From Cyanobacteria bacterium P01_A01_bin.123 (GTDB lineage: Bacteria > Cyanobacteriota > Cyanobacteriia > Phormidesmidales > Phormidesmidaceae): a DNA stretch of 64,000 nt. The notes under the pieces are model-generated. The model did no database searches and had not been told where the DNA came from. It saw only the letters and a program-made list of their open reading frames with translations. Positions 39,908-50,488 of this stretch are shown here, piece after piece. The DNA lies in contig JBCBZT010000003.1 of NCBI GenBank assembly GCA_039815185.1, forward strand, positions 128,001-192,000, written 5' to 3'. Position 1 is the stretch's first letter. Every line of letters starts with the position of its first letter. A program made the translations under genes and the position numbers.

Positions 39908-40333
39908 CTATGAATGGGAACGCGATCGGGGTCTTAAATAGAGTTGCCTCAAGTAGCTCAACAACAACCCCCCAAGGGCACAGCCCACTAAATAATGGGG
40001 ATAGTCCCAAAATGAAAATGTTGTGCCCAGCAACAGTCGCCACAGCAAATGGGCTTTGAGATCTGCCGGAAAAGGAATTAACTGGGTTAACTCAACCAGT
40101 CCGGTTGCCATAAAGACACCGATGGCAATGGTGCGGGCAGGCCAGCGGATCTTCCAAATGCCAAGCAATATAACCCAGGCCATTTCGTACAAAATATCGC
40201 CGCTGAAGTCGTGCACCCAAGCTTGCCCTAGGCCGCTATACCACTTGGTGCCCAACCCCACAAGTACTAATACGCTCAGGGCAAGGCACCCGGCCCAACG
40301 ATAGTGGATGACTCGGTTGACTTTGATCTTCAT
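39908..40333 (-). CDS. DUF2809 family membrane protein
   Basis: GDILY, VELTQL, LLLGTTFSFWD...Y.VG. Confidence 0.85.
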   Translation of the reverse strand: MKIKVNRVIHYRWAGCLALSVLVLVGLGTKWYSGLGQAWVHDFSGDILYEMAWVILLGIWKIRWPARTIAIGVFMATGLVELTQLIPFPADLKAHLLWRLLLGTTFSFWDYPHYLVGCALGGLLLSYLRQLYLRPRSRSHS

Positions 40334-40411
40334 GGGCGATCGCAGGGAATGATTCACAGTGAGTTGAGTGTTTATGGCAGGGTTGTGCAAATTCTAGCGC
40401 TTGTAACCTGA

Positions 40412-40527
40412 GTCACACGGGATATCTGCTTCGAGTCACAAAATGTGCACCGGGCTGTCACGGTTAAGGGCTTTGAAGATCACGCCTATGAACTGGGTAA
40501 AGTCACGGAGAAATTCAGCTTCATCAC
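40412..40527. repeat. Six phased RTCAC motifs at 21-23 bp spacing in a divergent intergenic region
   Basis: TCAC at 40413, 40436, 40458, 40480, 40503, 40524, each preceded by G or A. Confidence 0.75.
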
Positions 40528-40639
40528 CGATATTTAGATAGGGCGGCAGCGGCATTTACCTGTTTTGGTTCAAAGGGATGTCCTGTAGCTGCCTATAAAT
40601 CCTCTGTCCGCAGCATCGATTCAACTGAGTGAGAAAATC

Positions 40640-40915
40640 ATGAATGCAAATATGAGTCAAACTGCCCCACCTGTTTTTCCCTCTCTCTCGAGGCTAGAGC
40701 TTAACACCCGGATTAAACAAATCGGTGTGTTGTACTGGATTAAACTCATGCGCGAGGGGATACCCCGTAATGAAAGTCGCACCATTGCGGCTGCGATCGC
40801 GAAGTTTAGAATCGCCAATCGTCGTCCAACAAGTGATCAGAAATTGTTAATTGTGCAATATAGTGCCCTGATTTGTCGGGCAGGATTGTGGCATAGCGAC
40901 TTACTCGTGTCTTAA
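40640..40915 (+). CDS. Small basic hypothetical protein
   Basis: 91-aa ORF with ATG, purine-rich upstream, contains a HIP1 site; no family recognised. Confidence 0.6.
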   Translation: MNANMSQTAPPVFPSLSRLELNTRIKQIGVLYWIKLMREGIPRNESRTIAAAIAKFRIANRRPTSDQKLLIVQYSALICRAGLWHSDLLVS

Positions 40916-41126
40916 TTGTGCAGCCAAATAGCCATCATCGACTATGGCGACGAGCGTTAGCTGATCATAATCCAACAGCGCCTGCTCAATACCAAGCTGC
41001 ACTGGCGGATCATCTTCAACAATCAAAACACGCCTTGTGGGCAGCTAGATCTGTAGAGGCATTGGGGCCATCTCGCACAAGGATAAATATTCGGTAACGA
41101 GCTCTATTTAAACTTGTGCCGAGAAG

Positions 41127-41660
41127 TCATAATCTGCACGGGGCAAGTAGCGTATCTTTAACAGCTGTGCGGGTTAATGTCGTGCCCGCTAACTGCGCCC
41201 CTTCTAACTTGGCCCCTTCTAAATTAGCTCCAGTTAAGTCAGCACCGCGTAGGTCAGCCTGACGCAAATCAGCGCCCTGCAGATCTGCGTAACAAATGTG
41301 GGCATGCCGTAACTTAGCCTCCCTGAGATTGGCACCATTCAACTGCGCTAGCCGCAAGTCTGCTTCTGTTAAATCCGCCTGATACAGCAGAGTGGCCTGT
41401 AGCTGACTGCGAATTAGAATGGCTCGCTGCAACTTAGTCTGACTCAAATCAGCCTGCCTTAAATCGGTACGCCAAAGGTTAGCACCAGATAGGTTTGCCT
41501 GACTCAACGTTGAACAGTAGAGGATCGTCCCCGTCAAGTCGCTACGACAAATGACAACGCCTGGTAAGTAGGCATTGATCATCTGCGCCTCGCGCAAATC
41601 TAAATGAGAAAACTCTCGCTGACCATTGGCATAATCTTCAAGAAATTTACCGACTTCCAT
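41127..41660 (-). CDS. Pentapeptide repeat protein
   Basis: FLEDYANGQREF start, A(D/N)L repeats. Confidence 0.9.
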   Translation of the reverse strand: MEVGKFLEDYANGQREFSHLDLREAQMINAYLPGVVICRSDLTGTILYCSTLSQANLSGANLWRTDLRQADLSQTKLQRAILIRSQLQATLLYQADLTEADLRLAQLNGANLREAKLRHAHICYADLQGADLRQADLRGADLTGANLEGAKLEGAQLAGTTLTRTAVKDTLLAPCRL

Positions 41661-41696
41661 GATGTCTGTTCCTATGAGGCATGCCTGAGCTGATCA

Positions 41697-41714
41697 TTTG
41701 TAAACTAATGTAAC
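41697..41714 (-). promoter_or_regulatory. HLR1 (RpaB) box
   Basis: Minus strand GTTACATT-AG-TTTACAAA matches (G/T)TTACA(T/A)(T/A)-N2-(G/T)TTACA(T/A)(T/A) with no mismatch. Confidence 0.75.
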
Positions 41715-41972
41715 AAATTTTTGGGGGCTTAGCCATTTTCCGCTCTAGCGATATCGGATTTTGAGGCGTCATGGCACAGAAACGAATGCTGAGGCTGTAA
41801 GCCTTGCTAAGTTAGGTCTTTGGCCCTAGCAATGCTGCTCATTAGGCGTATTGGGGTTCCTGTAACGGCATGAAGCTAACTTGTTGTCAGGCTTCGGCTA
41901 GCGCCAAATATTAGCGTCCCAGCATATTGATGTAGATATGTCCCAAGGGCGATAAACGGCTTATTCCTCGCG

Positions 41973-42066
41973 ATGCATGAGTTACATAGAACCTATGCGA
42001 TTTTACCCTCCGCAATAATATTTTGTAGCTGGACATACTAAATATCTGGATTGAGAGCCGTAGATT
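41973..42066 (+). promoter_or_regulatory. NtcA-activated promoter with upstream NtcB-type LysR site
   Basis: GTA-GCTGGACA-TAC at 42025-42038, 22-nt spacer, TAGATT at 42061-42066; AT-N11-AT (ATGCATGAGTTACAT) at 41973-41987. Confidence 0.85.
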
Positions 42067-42401
42067 GGTTGCCAAGTCAGAAAACCCTAGAGAAGTTAAT
42101 TGTTTTCTAGGTCTAGAAAAGAGCATTTCCCAAAAGCAAAATATTCTGTTCTTCAATGCCATTAGTAGAGATTCGGAGCTTTTCTTGGTTCTCTGAATCA
42201 ACAGGATAGTAGTGAGAAAAATACTGAGATCGGGGATCTTCAACGATCAATTCTGATCTGATGAAGTTGAACAGTTTTGTCTGTCAGTGCGAGGGTTGCG
42301 ACTATTGGATTCGTGCGGGCTCAGTCAATACTTGACCGCCTGACAGAATGCTTTATTTGTGGTCACTCACCGAATTATTGCCGTATTTCGAGAGCATGAT
42401 T

Positions 42402-43889
42402 ATGGCTGGAATTTTTTCGTTCAGCGGTCGTTACCGAATTCTACATTTAACCTGGTTAGCATTTTTTCTAACCTTTGTTGTTTGGTTTAACTTTGCCCCC
42501 TTTTCGACGGCGGTAGCCACAGAATTTAGTCTGGAGCCGCCTCAAATTAGAGCGATCGCATTTTGTAACGTCGCCCTCACCGTCCCGGCTCGAATCATTG
42601 TAGGCATGATTCTGGATCGGTTTGGCCCTCGCATTACCTATTCATGCCTGCTGATTTATGCTGCGATACCCTGTTTTGCCTTTGCCCTGGCCCAAAACTT
42701 TGGTCAGCTGGTGGCCAGTCGTCTAGCCCTTAGCATTGTGGGTTGCGGCTTTGTAATCGGCATTCGCATGGTGGCCGAATGGTTTGAGGAAAACGAGATT
42801 GGTCTAGCTGAAGGCGTTTATGGCGGCTGGGGCAACTTTGGTTCTGCTGCTGCTGCCTTTACCCTGCCCACCGTTGCCACGATGCTGGCTGCGAGTCAGG
42901 CCGATGTGATTAACTGGCGACTGGCGATCGCAGGCACTGGCATGATCGCCGCTCTCTATGGCGTCTTTTACTTCTTTAACGTTCAAGATACCCCCCCGGG
43001 CAAAGTCTATCAGCGGCCAGCCAGCTCGCGGGGCATGGAGGTGACCACCCAGCGAGACTTTTGGTTCTTGCTAGTGATGAACATTCCTTTAGTTGGTATT
43101 TTGGGTGTTCTAGCCTGGCGACTATCGGGGGTCGGGTTATATGGCACTCCCACATTGCTAGTGATTTTAGCTTTGCTGGTGGGTCTATACCTGTTCCAGG
43201 CCTCCAATATCTATGCTGCAAACAAGGATCTGATGGCGGGTCGGAAACAGTATCCGGCTAGCGATCGCTATCAATTCTCCCAGGTAGCCCTATTAGAACT
43301 GGCCTATATCGCTAGTTTCGGTTCGGAGTTAGCAGTCGTGTCAATGCTGCCTGCCTTTTTCCAGGGTACGTTTGGCCTAACAGCGGCAGTGGCCGGGATG
43401 GTGGCCGCGACTTATGCCTTTATGAACCTGTTGGCCCGCCCAGGGGGTGGCCTGATGTCCGATAAAATTGGTAGCCGCAAATGGACTCTAGCAGTCACTT
43501 TGGCGGGAACGGGCATCGGTTATCTGGTGTTCAGCACCTTGGGGGCGATCGCCCTACCCTTCGTAGTGATCATGACCATGGTGGCCTCCTTCTTTGTTAT
43601 GGCGACAGAGGGGGCGACCTACGCCATTGTGCCACTGGTGAAACCGCGCATCACCGGACAGGTGGCGGGTAACGTCGGAGCCTACGGCAATGTTGGTGCA
43701 GTGGCTTATCTAACGATTTACAGCTTCTTACCAGAGGGGGGTGCGGGCGATCGCATTTTCTTTCAAATGTTGGGTTTGGTAGCCCTGATTGTGGCTAGCT
43801 TGATTGCCTTCATGCTCAAAGAGCCGAAGGGCGGTCATGGTGTGGTTGAACCGAGTCGCGAGTTGGCTGAAATGGTACATCACCGTTAG
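42402..43889 (+). CDS. nrtP: NarK/NRT2-family nitrate/nitrite MFS transporter
   Basis: GRYRILHLTW.AFF, nitrate signature G.AEG.YGGWGNFG, FGSELAVVSMLP, ARPGGG. Confidence 0.92.
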   Translation: MAGIFSFSGRYRILHLTWLAFFLTFVVWFNFAPFSTAVATEFSLEPPQIRAIAFCNVALTVPARIIVGMILDRFGPRITYSCLLIYAAIPCFAFALAQNFGQLVASRLALSIVGCGFVIGIRMVAEWFEENEIGLAEGVYGGWGNFGSAAAAFTLPTVATMLAASQADVINWRLAIAGTGMIAALYGVFYFFNVQDTPPGKVYQRPASSRGMEVTTQRDFWFLLVMNIPLVGILGVLAWRLSGVGLYGTPTLLVILALLVGLYLFQASNIYAANKDLMAGRKQYPASDRYQFSQVALLELAYIASFGSELAVVSMLPAFFQGTFGLTAAVAGMVAATYAFMNLLARPGGGLMSDKIGSRKWTLAVTLAGTGIGYLVFSTLGAIALPFVVIMTMVASFFVMATEGATYAIVPLVKPRITGQVAGNVGAYGNVGAVAYLTIYSFLPEGGAGDRIFFQMLGLVALIVASLIAFMLKEPKGGHGVVEPSRELAEMVHHR

Positions 43890-44051
43890 CCCTTTAGCAG
43901 CGGAGTCAAGACTTAAATTTCTGCTGCTTAAGTTAAGGCTGATTTTTGTCCAAAAGTCTTGGGTGGCGGAGTCCCGACGGGCATCTATCCACCCATCTGA
44001 CTTTTCAATCCGCTCAGCCCAACGCGTCTATGCAATTGTCGAATTCTGAAT

Positions 44052-45464
44052 GTGCAAAGGATTAACCCGGTGACACTTCAACCTGATTTGGCCCAAGCGG
44101 CAACCCAGACGACGACAACCCCAACCGATGAATCTCCCAATCAACGTCAACTGACCTATCCGCAGCTAGTGCTCTGCTCAGGCGCGATTGGTATCGTCGG
44201 TGGGTTAGTTGCCACGCTGTATTACTTTGTCTTAGAAACGATGATGCATGGGGTCTGGCACACGTTGCCAGAGCGGATTGAACCCTACTTCCCAAGCTGG
44301 TTACCCACCAACAACTATGTCTGGATTGCCACGACCATCGGCGGCTTTGGTGTCGGGCTAGTGCTCTATTTCATGGGTCTCCCTGGTGAAATGGCGCAGG
44401 TGGTAGACAACATTCACCAGCCCGGTCGCATCGATATTCGTAAGACCCCGGCAATGGTGATTGCCTCGCTGGTAGCCATTACATCAGGCGGCAGTGCCGG
44501 GCCAGAGGCTCCCCTCGTCCAGGTGAATGGCAGCTTCGGCAGCTGGTTGGGCGAGATCCTTAAAGTCGATATCACCACGGTTCGGGTGCTCACATTTTGC
44601 GGCATGAGTGCAGCCCTGGGAGCCTTTTTCGGAGCCCCGATTGGCGCAGCCCTGTTTGCCCTGGAGATTCCCCATCGACGTGGGCTGGAATATTACGAGG
44701 CAGTTGCCCCAGCGGTAATCTCCGCCATTCTTTCTTTCGCCGTCTTTCGAATCAGTACTGGCATGACCATTGGTGGCTTCTACCACTTCGAATCAGTGCC
44801 GCCGCTAACGCCCATGAACTTATTCGAAGGACTGGTTCTGGGGGGGATTGGGGCGGGGATCGCGGTGATATTTATCTACATTTTTCGGGCCATTGGCCGC
44901 TTGCTAGCGCCACTGGAGCACTATCGTATTATCCTAGCGACCCTAGGGGGGCTATCTATCGGCCTGATCGCCTTCTTCTTTCCGCAAACGCTGTTTTTTA
45001 GTGAGCAGCAAATCCACACCGTGATTGAAACCGGGATGACGCTGGGGGTCACCATGCTGTTGCTGATCGCGGTCGCGAAGATGTTTGCCATCAGCTTTAC
45101 GTTGCACTCAGGATTTCTGGGGGGATTCATCTTCCCGTTATTTTTTATTGGTGCGAATGTCGGCTTGGCAATTGCCCTGGCAGTTCCTCAGATCCATCCC
45201 ACTGTTGGCATGGTGTGTCTGATGGCAGCGATCAATGTAGCGGTGACTAAAACCCCTATCAGCACCAGTATCATTCTCAGCGTCCTGTCGGGGACTGCCA
45301 TGCTGCCCGTGATTGTGATTGCTAGCTTCACCAGTTTTCTATTGACCAGCCAGATTGCCATGATTAGAACCCAGCGATCGCGCTGTGCCGATGAGGAGAG
45401 TATCCCGGCCTGGTCACAAAATGGGGTTATCCTGGGCAAACCGATGACCAATTTTCAAGGTTGA
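44052..45464 (+). CDS. ClC chloride channel family protein
   Basis: GGSAGPEAP, AFFGAPIG.ALFALE, GFLGGFIFP, many TM helices. Confidence 0.88.
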   Translation: MQRINPVTLQPDLAQAATQTTTTPTDESPNQRQLTYPQLVLCSGAIGIVGGLVATLYYFVLETMMHGVWHTLPERIEPYFPSWLPTNNYVWIATTIGGFGVGLVLYFMGLPGEMAQVVDNIHQPGRIDIRKTPAMVIASLVAITSGGSAGPEAPLVQVNGSFGSWLGEILKVDITTVRVLTFCGMSAALGAFFGAPIGAALFALEIPHRRGLEYYEAVAPAVISAILSFAVFRISTGMTIGGFYHFESVPPLTPMNLFEGLVLGGIGAGIAVIFIYIFRAIGRLLAPLEHYRIILATLGGLSIGLIAFFFPQTLFFSEQQIHTVIETGMTLGVTMLLLIAVAKMFAISFTLHSGFLGGFIFPLFFIGANVGLAIALAVPQIHPTVGMVCLMAAINVAVTKTPISTSIILSVLSGTAMLPVIVIASFTSFLLTSQIAMIRTQRSRCADEESIPAWSQNGVILGKPMTNFQG

Positions 45465-46101
45465 CTTGATTTTCAATCAGTCGAGTCAATTCCCCGCGAT
45501 AACTCACCAACCGCGATCGCTCTAGGGAATTTGTTGGGACTTGGGTGATCAGCAAGTCCACCGTCTGGGCCGCACAAATCCAATCCTTTTGAGCTACGGA
45601 TTGGTTGAGCTGCGCTTCCAAAATGTAGCGTTCAACATTTCGAATGGCTGTGGTGGCATAGATATCCCCAGGGCGGTTAGCCAAGGCACGGCGAAAATTA
45701 ATCAGTGCAGTTTGGTAGTCCCGTGCTTCGGTGGCACCATAGCCAATGGCCATGGCTTGCTCATAGATATAGCGTTCGACATTTTGAATGGCTGTGGTAG
45801 CCCGGGTATCCCCAGGGCGGCTAGCCAGGGCACGGCGGAAATTAATCAGTGCGGTTTGGTAGTCCCGCGCTTCGGTGGCAGCGTAGCCATTGGTCATGGC
45901 TTGCTCGTAGGTGTAAGCCGACGTTGCGGGTTGTGATGCTTGGGCTAACACCCTTGGTGCCGTAGTTGCTGTCTCGATCACAGTGTGTGGCATCTGAGGA
46001 TTATGGGCTAATCCATGAGCCCCGAGCCCAACGCTTAACCCAAACACAGAGAGTCCAACCCAAGCAAACTTGTTCAAAGTCCCAGTCATCATCTTCATCA
46101 A
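45427..46101 (-). CDS. Secreted TPR-like protein with an internal 48-aa duplication
   Basis: Signal-like N-terminus; two copies of YEQAM..GY.ATEARDYQTALINFRRALA.RPGD..ATTAI.NVERYI. Confidence 0.8.
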   Translation of the reverse strand: MMKMMTGTLNKFAWVGLSVFGLSVGLGAHGLAHNPQMPHTVIETATTAPRVLAQASQPATSAYTYEQAMTNGYAATEARDYQTALINFRRALASRPGDTRATTAIQNVERYIYEQAMAIGYGATEARDYQTALINFRRALANRPGDIYATTAIRNVERYILEAQLNQSVAQKDWICAAQTVDLLITQVPTNSLERSRLVSYRGELTRLIENQVNLENWSSVCPG

Positions 46102-46106
46102 TCACT

Positions 46107-46144
46107 GCGGTTTTAAGGATACAAAGCGGTTTTAAGGATACAAA
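46107..46144. repeat. Perfect 19-bp tandem duplication over the argC stop codon
   Basis: GCGGTTTTAAGGATACAAA at 46107-46125 and 46126-46144. Confidence 0.9.
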
Positions 46145-47220
46145 CTGAGGTGAGGCAGCCCCAAGGTCTCGTCAAACCCCCACATCAGGTTAAAGCACTG
46201 GATGGCTTGCCCAGCCTGACCTTTAATCAGATTGTCAATGGCGGCCATCACAATTACCCTGCCGGTACGGGGATCAACCTCAACCCCCAGATAACAAAAG
46301 TTGGTTCCCGCCGCCCATTTGGTTTGGGGATATAACCCATTGGAGAGTACTCGGACCCAGGGCGCATTGCGATAAAAGGCTGAGTAAATCGTCAGCAGAT
46401 CGTCGCGCACTAAGCCCGGATCGCGCATGTTGGCATACACGGTGCTCAGCAGTCCCCGCACCATGGGGACCTGATGGGGGGTAAATTGCACAATCACTTC
46501 ATGGCCGGTGAGATCGCTGCAAATTTGTTCGATTTCAGGGGTGTGGCGGTGGCGAGCCACACTGTAGGGGGCCAGAGAACCGTCGGCTTCTGACAAGAGT
46601 AGATGGGATCTGGCCTGTCGTCCGGCGATGGAGGTGCCGCATTTGGCATCGATGATTAGGCTTTCGGGTTGGGCCAGCCCTTGTTTGAGTAAGGGGGCAA
46701 TCGCTAACAGACTAGCTGTCGGATAACTCCCAGGACACCCCACCAACTGGGCTGCTCGAATCTGGTCTCGGTAGAGTTCTGGCAGACCATAAACAGTTTG
46801 CTCAAGCAGGGCTTGATCTTGGCGATCGCCCCCGTAGTAGTTTTGATAAGGCTCAAGCCGATAGAACCGATAGTCGGCAGAGAGATCAATTACCTGACAT
46901 GACCGCGCCCGTAGACCAGGCACGAATTGGCAGGCCAACCCATCTGGCAATGCCAGGAATACCAGCTGACAACGACTGGCGATCGCGTCTAGATCAACCG
47001 CTTCAATTTCCAGTTTGGGGTCAATGCTGAGTTGAGGATAAAGATCGCCCAGGCGCTTGCCGACGGTTGTCAGCCCCCCGAGATAGGCGATGTGTACATG
47101 AGGATGCCCCATGAGCAGGCGAACCAGCTGTATTCCTCTGTATCCAGAGGCGCCTAGAATGCCGACTGATACAGGATCAACCGCTATGGGGTCAATAGGG
47201 GCCGGTTCAGATTCTCCCAT
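46132..47220 (-). CDS. argC: N-acetyl-gamma-glutamyl-phosphate reductase homolog (active-site Cys replaced)
   Basis: [44 protein letters not shown] instead of PGCYPT. Confidence 0.9.
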   Translation of the reverse strand: MGESEPAPIDPIAVDPVSVGILGASGYRGIQLVRLLMGHPHVHIAYLGGLTTVGKRLGDLYPQLSIDPKLEIEAVDLDAIASRCQLVFLALPDGLACQFVPGLRARSCQVIDLSADYRFYRLEPYQNYYGGDRQDQALLEQTVYGLPELYRDQIRAAQLVGCPGSYPTASLLAIAPLLKQGLAQPESLIIDAKCGTSIAGRQARSHLLLSEADGSLAPYSVARHRHTPEIEQICSDLTGHEVIVQFTPHQVPMVRGLLSTVYANMRDPGLVRDDLLTIYSAFYRNAPWVRVLSNGLYPQTKWAAGTNFCYLGVEVDPRTGRVIVMAAIDNLIKGQAGQAIQCFNLMWGFDETLGLPHLSLYP

Positions 47221-47375
47221 CGCGATCATGGTTCTTCGGGCAAATAAGGGTGACGACTATCAGTTGGGGATGCACCCTTAACAACTGAGTCCGATGCTGA
47301 ATTGTAATATCAATCTGGCGGGTTGACGTGTCTTTGCTGCGTTAAGTTATTTCCATAACCGAACAAGTATTTCCC

Positions 47376-49142
47376 GTGTCGAATTTACCTAACCCCAACC
47401 CCAGCCTAAACGATACTGAAATCGAGACATCGTCTGCTGGTTTTAAGTTTGATGCCATTGAAGCAGCGATCGCAGATTTAGCCGCGGGCCGCTCGATCGT
47501 TGTGGTCGATGACGAAAATCGCGAGAACGAAGGCGATGTCATTTGTGCTGCCCAGTTTGCCACCCCCGACATGATCAACTTTATGGCGGTGGAAGCGCGG
47601 GGGTTGATTTGCTTGGCCATGACTGGCGATCGCCTTGACGAACTGGAACTGCCACTCATGGTCAGTAACAGTGCCTTTGAAGATGAAAACGAACAAACCG
47701 CGTTTACCGTCAGCATCGATGCGGCCTATCATCTGGGCGGCACCACCGGTATTTCTGCCGACGATCGGGCTCGCACCATCCAAATCACGCTCAACCCCAA
47801 CACGCGCCCCACAGATTTACGCCGTCCCGGCCATATTTTTCCGTTGCGGGCCAAGGCGGGTGGTGTACTGAAGCGCGCTGGCCATACCGAAGCGGCCGTT
47901 GATTTAGCCCGCTTAGCGGGGCTTTATCCGGCTGGGGTAATTTGTGAGATTCAAAACCCCGATGGATCTATGGCTCGGCTGCCCCAACTGATTGACTACG
48001 CTAAAACCCATGACCTAAGGCTGATCAGCATTGCAGATTTAATTAGCTACCGGCTGCAACACGAACGATTTGTCCATCGGGAAGCGATCGCCAATTTGCC
48101 CAGTCAGTTCGGCCAGTTCAAAATCTACGCCTACCGTAACTTGCTCGACGACGCTGAGCACGTTGCCCTGGTCAAAGGCGATGTAGACAGCTTCAAAGAC
48201 GACGCGGTCATGGTTCGGGTTCACTCCGAATGCCTCACCGGAGATGCCTTTGGCTCCCTACGCTGTGACTGTCGGATGCAGCTGCAAGCCGCCATGAAAA
48301 TGATTGAAAATGCGGGCAAAGGTGTAATTGTTTATTTGCGCCAAGAAGGGCGCGGCATTGGCTTGATCAACAAACTCAAAGCCTATTCGCTGCAAGATAT
48401 GGGCCTGGATACCGTAGAAGCCAACGAAAAATTGGGCCTACCCGTGGATCAGCGCAACTACGGCATCGGCGCTCAAATCCTGAATGATATCGGTGTCCAA
48501 AAAATTTGCTTAATTACCAATAATCCCCGCAAAATTGCAGGTTTGAAAGGGTACGGTCTCGAAATGGTAGACCGGGTGCCCCTGTTGATTGAAGCCACGG
48601 CTTACAACTCAAACTACTTGGCCACTAAAGCGAAAAAGCTGGGCCACCTGCTGCTGCAAACCTATTTGATTACGGTCGCCATCCATTGGGAGGGAGAACC
48701 CTTACCCGTTAAATTGCGCTATGAACGGTTAGAGAAGCTGCGGCACGTGGTCAAACAGCACAACCTACTGCTGCAAGAAGAAGCTCGTTCAGTGGCGGTG
48801 GCGTTGTTTGGCAAGGCGTCTTTAATCGCCCATATTGGCCTCGATCAACCCAACTTGGCCACCCCCGATTGGTATCAACAAGCTGAGCATCCTTGCCGAA
48901 ACGCGATCGCCCGTATTTTAGACACCCTGGCGAGCTGGTCTGACATTAGCCAACTGGAGTTTATCGTTTCCCCCGGTAGCGATCCATTCACCACCCTACA
49001 GGTCAAACTCGATCGCCAAATTTTTCGCCTAGCCAGCAGCGACTCAGACTCGATGCCACCCTCTGAGCTTTTCGGTCGCCTGCAAACTCAGCGGATTTAC
49101 GTCTTTTCTCGCCATGCCCTGCCCGAGGCCCCTTTGACCTAA
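47376..49142 (+). CDS. ribBA: Bifunctional DHBP synthase / GTP cyclohydrolase II with C-terminal extension
   Basis: [53 protein letters not shown]. Confidence 0.97.
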   Translation: MSNLPNPNPSLNDTEIETSSAGFKFDAIEAAIADLAAGRSIVVVDDENRENEGDVICAAQFATPDMINFMAVEARGLICLAMTGDRLDELELPLMVSNSAFEDENEQTAFTVSIDAAYHLGGTTGISADDRARTIQITLNPNTRPTDLRRPGHIFPLRAKAGGVLKRAGHTEAAVDLARLAGLYPAGVICEIQNPDGSMARLPQLIDYAKTHDLRLISIADLISYRLQHERFVHREAIANLPSQFGQFKIYAYRNLLDDAEHVALVKGDVDSFKDDAVMVRVHSECLTGDAFGSLRCDCRMQLQAAMKMIENAGKGVIVYLRQEGRGIGLINKLKAYSLQDMGLDTVEANEKLGLPVDQRNYGIGAQILNDIGVQKICLITNNPRKIAGLKGYGLEMVDRVPLLIEATAYNSNYLATKAKKLGHLLLQTYLITVAIHWEGEPLPVKLRYERLEKLRHVVKQHNLLLQEEARSVAVALFGKASLIAHIGLDQPNLATPDWYQQAEHPCRNAIARILDTLASWSDISQLEFIVSPGSDPFTTLQVKLDRQIFRLASSDSDSMPPSELFGRLQTQRIYVFSRHALPEAPLT

Positions 49143-50488
49143 AGGTCAATCCCTTGGCCCACTTGAGGAACCTCTGTGCTGGTGGGGATCGCCACATTAG
49201 AGTCTTCTCGCTGGGCTAGAACCGTTTCTTCCAACAAGGCAGCGGCCCGAGCATATTGGGGATCAGCCTCGGTCGCAATCAGTTGGGGATTTCCCAACAA
49301 CTGTCGTCGTTCCCCAGCGGTCAGATTAATCTGAATGTCTGGGGTAATGCCTTTACTGCTGATATCGGTACCGTTGGGCGTGTAATAGTGGGCAATGGTC
49401 ACCGCTAATCCAGACCCATCAGACAAGTTGTGGAGAGCTTGCACCAAGGCTTTCCCATAGGTTGTGCTGCCCACAACGGTCGCCCGGCCATTGTCGCGCA
49501 GGGCTCCAGTCAAAATCTCGCTAGAGCTGGCAGACCGATTATCTACCAAGACCGCTAGGGGCAACTGGGTCAGCGCTGTGCGATTCGCAGAAATTTCTTC
49601 ACTGTCACCAGAGCGATCAACGGTGCGTACAATCGGGCCCCGCTGTAGCCACATGCGGCTAATTTCAATACTGGCCTGGAGCAGGCCCCCAGGATTGCCC
49701 CGCAGATCGAGTACAAAGGCTTCAACCTCAGCTTTAGTCAATTCTTCAATGGCTTTCTCCATTTGCTCTGCAGCGTGGGCGCTAAATTCGCTGAGCCGGA
49801 TATAGCCCAGGGTCGTGCCATTTTGCTCTTTAATGTCGTAACTGACCGTGGCCAATTCAATCAGGCCACGGGTGACAATGACCGTACGCCGTTGCCCGTC
49901 ATCTGAGTTGCCAATGGTCAACGTGACTTGGCTCCCTTCAGTGCCGCGAATCAGCTGGGAAATCGCTTCGATGGTTAAGAGATCTGTGGACTGACCGTCT
50001 ACCATCAACAGGCGATCGCCGGCTTGAATCCCAGCTTCAGCAGCCGGCGAATCTTCAAATGTCTCAACAATCACCACCATCCGAGAATTTGAATCACGCT
50101 GGAGCCGGATCCCTACCCCGGATACTTCCCCAGCGGTTTGGTCGGTTAAGGCCGCATATTGCTGGGGATCTAAAAACCGAGTGTAAGGGTCATCCAAACG
50201 CCGAAGAGCTTGCCGCAATGCCCCATAGGCTGCCTCCCGTGAGGTATAGTCTCGCGATAGCAGACTTTGCCGCATCGCCTGCCAGTCTACGTGGTTAAAC
50301 TCCGAGTCGACATAATCGCGGTTAACAATCTGCCAAGCTTCATCTAGTACAGCTTTGGGACTGTCTTCCCAAGCGGCTGCCACGGGCTCGCTGAAAGTAA
50401 GGGATAGGGGGGTCAGCAGGGTAGTCGCGATCGCGCCCCCAACAAAGCAAAGTTTAGACAGATTCAGGAAGCTCAGGGCTTGGTTCAT
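49139..50488 (-). CDS. S41 carboxyl-terminal processing protease (CtpA/CtpB family)
   Basis: [39 protein letters not shown]. Confidence 0.93.
   Translation of the reverse strand: MNQALSFLNLSKLCFVGGAIATTLLTPLSLTFSEPVAAAWEDSPKAVLDEAWQIVNRDYVDSEFNHVDWQAMRQSLLSRDYTSREAAYGALRQALRRLDDPYTRFLDPQQYAALTDQTAGEVSGVGIRLQRDSNSRMVVIVETFEDSPAAEAGIQAGDRLLMVDGQSTDLLTIEAISQLIRGTEGSQVTLTIGNSDDGQRRTVIVTRGLIELATVSYDIKEQNGTTLGYIRLSEFSAHAAEQMEKAIEELTKAEVEAFVLDLRGNPGGLLQASIEISRMWLQRGPIVRTVDRSGDSEEISANRTALTQLPLAVLVDNRSASSSEILTGALRDNGRATVVGSTTYGKALVQALHNLSDGSGLAVTIAHYYTPNGTDISSKGITPDIQINLTAGERRQLLGNPQLIATEADPQYARAAALLEETVLAQREDSNVAIPTSTEVPQVGQGIDL

Noticed and set aside
40412..40527. TCAC array as a mini-CRISPR
   Set aside because: The conserved part is only 5 nt with ~17-nt gaps and no cas genes; kept as a putative binding array instead
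41911..42243. 110-aa minus-strand ORF
   Set aside because: Overlies the nrtP promoter and has no protein-like features; likely spurious
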